This document shows positions 54,397 through 64,000 of a stretch of DNA of 64,000 bases, in pieces. The first letter of the stretch is position 1. Every line of letters starts with the position of its first letter. The notes below the pieces were generated by a model that saw only the letters and a program-made list of their open reading frames with translations, did no database searches and was not told the origin of the DNA. Source of the stretch: the human T2T-CHM13v2.0 reference genome, Homo sapiens; assembly GCF_009914755.1 (NCBI RefSeq), contig NC_060929.1. One strand, given 5' to 3'. The translations under genes and the position numbers were made by a program.

Positions 54397-55007
54397 AGGT
54401 CCCAATAGGGAATGAACAGCTTAGTTGACTTGCTTGGTACTTTCGACTTTTATTTAAAATGTTGGTGACTGAGCCAGGCATGGTGGCTCATGCCTGTAAT
54501 CTCAGCTACTCGGGAGGCTGAGGTGAGAGAACTGCTTGAGCCCAGGAGTTCGAGATTGCAGCGAGCTACAATGGCACCACTGCATTCCAGCCCAGGTGAC
54601 AGAGTGAGACTGTCTCTAAAAGAACAAAAAATGTTAGTGCCTGTACTGAAGCACTTCTCTCCGTAAAAAGGACATAGAGAGCAATCAAAGTAAACTGGTA
54701 TGACATTATTTTAAAAAGGTATTGACTGTGATTATTGGCGTATCTCAAAGAATATCAGCCCTTTCCATACTAGGCTCAGAAATGTCTTTTCACAATTCTT
54801 TGCAAAAATAAATCTATAGAATCTATGCCAAGATGCTAGCATCAATCTGCAATAGAATACACTAGCTTGTGCCCAAATAAATGTGACTATGGACCCACAT
54901 ACAACTATTATATATGTTCTTTCTCAGAGACTAAAAATGAATATTACTGAATACTTTTGTGTATGTTATAGAGTTTCAGATACTACATTTATACTCAGTG
55001 TCCTAGG

Positions 55008-55209
55008 CTAGAGGTTGACATATTTTTTTCTGTAAAGGGTCAGATAATAAATATTTCAGGCTTTTTGAGCCATATAGTTTCTGCAGCTACTCAATTCTAC
55101 CTGTTAGCATGAAAGGCAATTGAGTGTGCATGGCTGTGTTCCAATAGAACTTTATGAAAAAAATATATCTGTCAGCAGGCCAAATTTGGTCATAGTTTAC
55201 TCACCTCTG
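55008..55209. mobile_element. MER58-type DNA transposon
   Basis: ttttctgtaaagggtcagataataaatatttcaggc...ggctgtgttccaatagaactttat. Confidence 0.7.
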
Positions 55210-56152
55210 TAGTATGCCAACATAAAAGCAAATGGAACCACACCACAAAAAAGTCACCCTGGTGGAAGCAGTTATGCTATGTATATATATTTTCTTCTGT
55301 ATTAGTCTGTAACAGCTATAAACTCCAATAACAAACTTATCTAAATCTCTTCCTGATGAATCATTTACTGGTTAGCCAATAGGATCTATAATGCTCCTAT
55401 TCTGATGTGACAGTTGGAACATGCTTCCAACCTGATCAATAAATGCTTCAAAAGGCGTTAAATTTGACAGTGCTGGAGGATAGTGTGGTCTCACAAAAAA
55501 ATTACCAAAGCAACGCTGTGGTACCAAAGAATCTCTCCTTCTACAATGGGAACACTAAATGCTCTCAAGTTATATTTCAGTGGTAAGAAAGAAAAAAACC
55601 CTAGCAAACGACAGAAATTTAAGTATGTTACAAAATGCAGGCCTGGCAGACATTTTTAACCTCTAAGTGATTTTTTTTTTTTAACTTTTAAGCCCATATA
55701 TACTTTTTAAAAAATACCATATAGGTCCAGTGTGGTGGCTCATGCCTGTAATCCCAATGCTTTGGGAGGCTGAAGCAAGAGGATTGCTTGAACCTAGGAG
55801 TTCAAGGTAACAGTTAGCTATGACAGTGCCACTGCACTAAAGCTTGAGTATCAGAGCAAAACTCTGCCTCTAACCCCAAAAAGAAAAAAAAAATACTAAA
55901 CAATACTATTTCAATTTGTAGTTCAGGTTGGTATTCCATCCTCCTATGCTGAGTTTACCCTTTATTGTAAGTATTTAGAGTATTATAAAATCACAATTAA
56001 AAGCATATTATTTTATGTATGTAACTGAAATATATAGTATTTAAGATTGTGATTAGAAATCTAAGGCTAACTGGCTGGGCGTGTGTGGCACACGCCTGTA
56101 ATCCCAGCACTTTGGGAGGCCGAGGCAGGCAGATCAAGAGGTCAGGAGATCA

Positions 56153-56661
<509 letters not shown>

Positions 56662-56888
56662 TGATTTTTGTATTTTTAGTAGAGACAGGGTTTCACCATG
56701 TTCGCCAGGCTGGTCTTGAACTCCTAACCTCAAATGATCCGCCCACCTCAGCCTCCCAAAAGTGTTGGGATTACAGGCGTTAGCCACCGCAATCCGCCGA
56801 ACCTTCTATCTTAACACGAAGTTTGTAGTTGTTTATGAGGCAGAGAGATTTTTCTCAAGTTAGGACATGGGTAATTTTGACCTATTGA

Positions 56889-57088
<200 letters not shown>

Positions 57089-57476
57089 TAGTAGAGACGG
57101 GGTTTCACCATATTGGCCAGGATAGTCTTGATCTCTTGACCTCGTGATCTGCCTGCCTCAGCCTCCCAAAGTGCTGGGATTACAGGCGTGAGCCACGGCA
57201 CCTGGCCAAAACGTTTTTAAAAAATCTTTCTCCTCAGCAGCTGCCTATCCTACATATGTCAGATCTTTGTCATGTCTGAAGGTATTAAAAAGAAAAAAGA
57301 GGCTGGGCGCAGTGGCCCACGCCTGTAATCCCAGCACTTTGGGAGGCCAAGGCAGGCGGATCACTTGAGATCAGGAGTTCAAGACCAGCCTGGCCAACAT
57401 GGTGAAACCCCGTTTCTACTAAAAATACAAAAATTAGCGGGGCGTGGTGGCGGGCAGCTGTAATCCTAGCTACTCA

Positions 57477-57638
<162 letters not shown>

Positions 57639-57742
57639 TTACAACTTATAGTGTGCTCATCTACAGAGCACGGCAATGGATAAGACACTGCCTGGGAGTC
57701 ATGACAATTAGGTGTTGGTCGAGTTTGCCATTAAATGGTTAC

Positions 57743-57790
57743 CTGGTGTTGAGTAGGTTTCTCCAACTCGGTGGACCTCAGTTTCCTTCT
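57743..57790 (-). other. SLC38A9: Putative non-coding exon 2 of SLC38A9 (48 nt, MIR-derived)
   Basis: Acceptor cattttacag|AGAAGGAAACTGAGG is the MIR core; donor CAG|GTAACC. Confidence 0.7.
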
Positions 57791-58507
57791 CTGTAAAATG
57801 AGGAGAATGCGCTTGACTAGCTGCTCTCAAACCCCTCTTCCAGCTTTACTATGCTGAGATGTCAAGCTACCCACTATCAACACACTCACTCTCACAACTG
57901 AGTCGTGTGAAAAGCGTGGCGAGGGCTTACCAGTCATGGCCCTCACCCCCTCTGTGGTCCTAGCTCAAGGCCCAAAGGGGGTTCCTCCCTCATGTTCCCC
58001 CTCTAGATGTCCCCAACTCGGGATGGAGAAAGGTGCTCCCAGCCGTGATCGCGCCACCTCACTCAAGCCCAAGCGACGGAGCAAGACCCTATCTCAAGAG
58101 AGAGAAAGAAGGGTGCTCCCATTCCTGCAAGTCCCACAATTCTCCTACTCCCTCCTTCTCTCACCCGAGGGTCAGGGTGTTCATTTACCCCAACCCTATC
58201 TTTTCTCTAAGGCTCCAGCTGACACCGACTCCCATAGACACTCGGATTTCCTCAGACCCCGAGGGACTCCTGACTTTCTTTCCCTGAGCCCTTGAGGAGT
58301 GCGAGCCGTGCCTCCGGAGCAGTCTCCGCGGCTCCAGGCTATGGCCTCCCTGAGCCCCAAAAGAAGAGACGGTTCCGATGCGCTGCAAAGAACTATCCCA
58401 GGTGACAGCCGGCTTCGCCCCAACTTCAACCCTTCCCGCCGCCTTCCCTCGGATACCTTCCCACCTCCCCGAGGGGCGAGTTTGCTAGACGTGGGAACGT
58501 GATCTAC

Positions 58508-58625
58508 CTGAGCAGGCCGAGCCTTCAACCTCGGAGAACTAGACGAGAAGATAAAGATTCCCTTCCCAAATTCTCGCAATTTGCGACCGCGGGGCTCCTA
58601 GTCCAAACAGGAAGCGGCAATAGCC
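58508..58625 (-). other. SLC38A9: Putative non-coding first exon of SLC38A9; TSS position approximate
   Basis: Lies in the CpG island; donor CAG|GTAGAT at 58508; ETS-like CTTCCTG near the presumed start. Confidence 0.7.
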
Positions 58626-58704
58626 TGGGTCGCAGGGGCCGGCGGGAGTTGGAGTTCTGAATGCGCCAAGCCCGCGGTCGCTGTCAAACCTCTCGCCGCT
58701 ACGG

Positions 58705-58723
58705 ACTACAACTCCCAGAGGGC
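58705..58723 (+). promoter_or_regulatory. ZNF143/THAP11-type SBS motif ACTACAACTCCCAGAGGGC
   Basis: Matches the ACTACAnnTCCCAGnnnGC promoter consensus, about 80-100 bp upstream of the presumed TSS. Confidence 0.8.
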
Positions 58724-59395
58724 TCTGCGACGGCCAGCACGCCCATCACCGCAGGGCCCAGCCCCGAGGCTTCAGGAGGCTGGCCAGCCGGCGCGCCCAG
58801 GTGGGCGAGTCCAGTCGGAACTGCAGCCCCGAGTTTGCTCCAGTTCCTTGTCCCGGCTGGAGGCTGGGAGGGGTAGTAGAAGGAATGCAATCTCTTGCCA
58901 TTCATAGAGCCCCGGAGGCCACGTGAGAAAACGCTGATGCGGCACCTCCATCGAGGGATCACCCCTCTTTTGGGCTTTCCTGGCGCGTGTTGTATGATCT
59001 GGTTACGTCCTTGGACCCTACAGACACAAAGGGAAGCTGGTTTGAAAAAACTGTTGAGTTGGCATGCTCCCTCCGTCGTCTAGATATTTGGGTTTGTTTT
59101 TTAAAAATGTGTTTGCAAATTAGTCTCTAGGCTAAAAGGGGCTTTAGAAGGATTTTAGAGGCCCACCCCACATACCCAGCAATTTTCCCCAAAACCTCCC
59201 CAAGTAAACATACAGTCTAAGTAAAATTAATGTGCTTGTTATGAAAATCAGTTCAAGGTCAGTCCCTGAAAAGCATATGGCCACCCTAAGCTCTTCTTAC
59301 AAAGGAAGCCAGTGGCTCTTTTTGTTTCTTTTTCTTTTTTCTGTTTAAACCAGAAGAAACAGTGTCTGTAATGCCAGAAAAAAAACTAAAAATTT

Positions 59396-60047
<652 letters not shown>

Positions 60048-60499
60048 CTAACATTGAATGCCAAGAATTTTACGTGTATATCTTTTTAAGTCTTTACCAC
60101 AGTTCTGGAAATGATAATATCTCTTTAAGTCTTTATCACAGCTCTAGAAATGTATATTTTTCCTGTCTTACAGAAAAGGAAATAGTCCCAGAGAATTTAA
60201 GTGCCTTGTACAAGGCTAAACAACTACTAAGTGGCAGAAGATCTGGAATTCATACTAAGATCTTATCCCAAAGCCTGCGTGCTCTCAAACATTGCGTCTA
60301 TTATGGAGGGCTTGACAAATGCAAGGCAAACGATTTAATGAATGTTGTCTTTAAGGGAGGTAAAAGTTGTTTTGCTGATGGTATTCTTGTTCAAAAACTT
60401 TTTTAACTGTTCATTGGCCCTGCCTTCAAGTCAGGGCTGGTCAAGTAACACAAGTCAGTAATACATTCTTTTGATAGTTTCAGTGATAGCAACCTTTCT

Positions 60500-62730
60500 T
60501 TTTTTTCTGCATTCCAGGCTGAGAAAATAATTTCAAGCAAGGCTGGGAAACACAAAAGTAAATAGTATGAAATGATGTCAGCAAAAAATGGGAAAAAAGT
60601 AGGGAACTCAAAAATGAATAAGCTGGCAAAACTGTCAGGAGCACCTTTTTTGGAAACTCTGAAACTGATAAAAAAAACTCACAAAATCCAGGGGAACATG
60701 TAATGAAGAAAAAACTGCTGAATTTTGGTAAGAGAGTTCTGTGGTCATCTTCTATTCTCCAAGTTGTCAGTGGCCTTGAAGATGGCAGCCACATTCCTGG
60801 TGTGGGTTGCTGGCACCAGAGGGAGCACTATGGACCTTATCCTCAAGGAATTGTAGGTGTGTTTTGACCTCCCTGATGGTTTCCTGAAGGTTCAACTCAA
60901 CGGCTTGCCTTTGTTTCACCTGCCTCAGAGCTTCCTCAGGGCTCAGGCAGCTTCCCAGGCAGTGTTTGTCAAAAACATTAAAGGCAAACAGCCAGTGTCA
61001 CAGAAAGCAAGGTATGAAAGCCAGGACAAGCAATAAACAGACCAAAAATCCTGGGAAGGAAGAGGCTGGAGAAGGAGATAGTTGGGGGAATAAAGGCTTT
61101 GGAAAGCTTCATTTTATTCTGGGGAATCTAGAAGGCCATCGGCATGCCCTGGTCTGGATGCATACTCAGAGAAAAACCTAAGAACACCGTAAACTCTCAC
61201 CTCTGACTGACCGTCAGCTTTCATGCAAGCAGGAAGTGAAGGCTAAGGTGGCGTTGTAAACTACCTCGTTAAGCATTGAAGGGGTGCCAGAACACATAGC
61301 TAACTGGCAAAGACTGGGAGTGTTTTCTCGCATTTTGGGCTTTTATCTTTTTATTTTTTGGTTTGAGACATTTAATAAAAGAAATAAACAACAACAAACT
61401 CTGGTGGGGAGTGGGAGAAGCAGATGTCCATAATTACCATATTATATACAAAATGTCCAGTTGTCAACAAGAAAAAATTATGAGGCATGCAAAGAAAAAA
61501 AGTATGGCTTATTTATAAGGAAAACATTTTTAAAGAACATTCCTTTGGGAAGCCCAGACATTGTCAACTGTCTTCAATATGCTCAAAGAACAAAGAAAAT
61601 AATAGACAATAACTAAAGGAAACCAGGAAAAGTGAATTGTTCAATAAATAGAGGATACTATTAAAGAGGTAGAAATTATAAAAAGAAAGCAAATAGAGTT
61701 GCTGGAGTTGAAAAGCACAATAATTGAAATATAATGTTCACTGGAGGGGTTCAATAGCAGATTTGAGCAGGCAGAAGAAAGATTGGGGAATTTGAAGATA
61801 CATCAAGAGTATACAGTTTGAGGAACAGAAAGAAAAAATAAGAAAAATGAACAAGACCTGTAAGGATTGTGGGACACTATCAAACAAACATTTGCACAGT
61901 GGGAATTCCAAAAGGAGAGGAGAAAATAAAGGAGTGTAAAGAATATTTGAAGAAATAATAGCTGAAAAATTACCAAATTTAATGAAAGACAGGCGTCTAC
62001 ACATCTAAGAAGCTCAATGAACTTCAGGGCGGATAAATTGAAAGGGATCGACACCAAGACAAATTGTGATTAAATTGTTAAAAGACAAAAACAGAGAATT
62101 TTGACAACAGCAAGAGAGAAATGACTGGTCATGTATAAGGAATCTTCATTAAGATTAACAGTAGGCTTATCATCAGAAACCATGGAGCTCAGAAAGCAGT
62201 GGAATGACGTAAGTGCTGCGAATAAAAGCCAAAAAAGAATCCTGAATCTGGCAAAAGTATCCTTAAAAAATGAAGGAGAAATAAATATGTTCCTAGAACA
62301 ACAAAACGGAAGGAGTTCATAACTACAAGGAATACTAAAGGAAGTCCTTCAGCCTGAAAAGAGGCTAGGAGAGAGTAGCTCAAAGCCATATGAAGAACTA
62401 AAGAATATCAGTAAAGGTAACTACATAGGTGAAATTAAAAGTAAGTAGTTTTCTATTTTTGGATTTGTAACTCCTCTTTTTTAAGGAAAAAGGATTTAAA
62501 AAATAAATGCATAAAAGAATAATTATAAATCTATGTTAATGAGCACATAATATGTAAAGATGTAATTTTAGACAGTGCTACCCTAATAGTTGGAGAATTC
62601 AACACCTTGCATTCCATAAAGGCCCAGATAGAAGATCAACAAAAAAGTTGAAGACTTGAACAACACATAAACCAACTAGATCTAACAGACATTTATAGGA
62701 CATCACTCCCTCCCAAGAACAGCAAAGTGT
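60500..62730 (+). mobile_element. Old L1 (L1M-type) 5'UTR/ORF1/early ORF2 remnant
   Basis: gaggggttcaatagcagatttgagcaggcagaagaaag, tcatcagaaaccatggag and gatctaacagacatttatagg resemble L1 ORF1 and endonuclease sequence. Confidence 0.7.
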
Positions 62731-62731
62731 A

Positions 62732-64000
62732 TGATATGGTTTGGCTGTGTGTCCCCACCCATACCTCATCTTGAATTGTACTTCTTATAGTTCCCACATG
62801 TTTTGGGAGGGACCTGGTGGGAGATAACTGAATCATGGGGGCAGTTTTCCCCATACTGTTCTTGTGGTAGTAAGTCTCATGAGATCTGATGGTTTTATAA
62901 GGGGTTTCTGCTTTCGCTTCTCTCTCGTTATCTCTTTGCCTGCCACCATCCATGTGAGATGAGACTTGCTCCTCCTTGCCTTCTGCCATGATTATGAGGC
63001 CTCCCCAGCCATGTGGAACTGTAAGTCCAATTAAACCTCTTTCTTTTGTAAATTCCCCAGTCACAGATATGTCTTTATCAGCAGCGGGAAAATGGACTAA
63101 TACAGTAAATTGGCACCAGTACAGTGGGATGCTGCTGAAAAGATACCTGAAAATGTGGAAGTGACTTTGGAACTGGGTAACAGGCAGAGGTTGGAATAGT
63201 TTGGAGGGCTCAGAAGAAGACATGAAAATGTGGGAAAGTTTGGAACTTCCTAGAGACTTGTTGAATGGCTTTGACCAAACGCCTGATAGTGATGTGGACA
63301 TAAGGTCCAGGCTGAGGTGGTCTCAGATGGAGATGAGGAACTTGTTGGGAACTGGAGTAAAGGTGACTTTTGTTATGTTTTAACAAAGAGACTGGTGGCA
63401 TTTTGACCCTGCCCTAGAGATTTGTGGAACTTTGAACTTGAGAGAGATGATTTAGGGTATCTGGCAGGAGAAATTTCTAAGCAGCAAAGCATTCAAGAGG
63501 TGACTTGGGTGCTGTTAAAAGCATTCAGTTTTATAAGGGAAGCAGAGCATAAAAGTTTGGAAAATTTGTAGCCTGACAATGCAATGGAAAATAAAATCCC
63601 GTTTTCTGAGGAGAAATTCAAACCGGCTGCAGAAATTTGCATAAGTAACAAGGAGCAGAATGTTAATCCCCAAGACAATGGGGAAAATGTATCCAGGGCA
63701 TGTCAGAGGCCTTCATGGCAGCCCTTCCCATCACAGGCCCAAGGCCTTGGAGAAAATGGTTTTATGGGCTGGGCCCAGGGTCCCCGTGCTGTGTGCAGTA
63801 TAGGGACTTGGTGCCCTGCATCCCAGCCACTCCTTCCAGAGCCATGGCTAAAAGGGGTCAAGGTACAGCTCAGGCTGTGGCTTCAGAGGGTGGAAGCCCC
63901 AAGCCTTGGCAGCTTCCACATGGTATTGAGCCTGCGGGTACACAGATGTCAAGCATTGAGGTTTGGGAACCTCTGCCTAGATTTCAGAGGATGTATGGAA
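62732..64000 (+). mobile_element. THE1-type (MaLR) LTR (62732-~63103) followed by internal sequence running off the window
   Basis: Starts TGATATGGTTTGGCTGTGT, ends GGACTAATACA, then gtaaattggcaccagt... typical MaLR internal sequence. Confidence 0.9.

Larger units (their letters stand above)
58000..59080. promoter_or_regulatory. CpG-island promoter of SLC38A9
   Basis: Non-repetitive, GC- and CpG-rich segment in an otherwise AT-rich, CpG-depleted window, at the 5' end of the minus-strand gene. Confidence 0.9.

Noticed and set aside
57936-59083. ORFs of 60-127 aa across the CpG island
   Set aside because: Expected in GC-rich promoter DNA; no recognisable protein similarity.
62693-63301. 202-aa ORF, the longest in the track
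   Set aside because: Antisense reading of THE1 LTR/internal sequence, with no splice or domain support.

Overview
Human genomic DNA (Alu/SVA/L1-rich; young AluYd8- and SVA-type elements point to Homo sapiens). It holds the 5' half of SLC38A9, the lysosomal arginine sensor/amino-acid transporter acting upstream of Rag-Ragulator-mTORC1, on the minus strand. I read a CpG-island promoter (~58.0-59.1 kb), two putative non-coding 5' exons and seven coding exons. All coding exons have canonical GT-AG boundaries and matching phases, and together encode residues 1-252; the gene continues beyond the left edge. The rest is intronic or upstream DNA with ~50 Alus, a 5'-truncated SVA, L1 fragments, MaLR LTRs, MER58/MER3 and MIR/L2. 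Nearly all ORFs in the supplied track are repeat-derived artefacts. I see no new multi-gene system. The best leads are: a 90-nt frame-symmetric stop/re-initiation exon giving an alternative N-terminus; a sense-oriented SVA just downstream of the first coding exon; a 239-bp duplication whose junctions are built from perfect snap-back hairpins; a MIR-derived 5'UTR exon; and candidate poison, intronic-polyadenylation and antisense exons. Exon numbers are inferred, and repeat boundaries and subfamilies were judged by eye.
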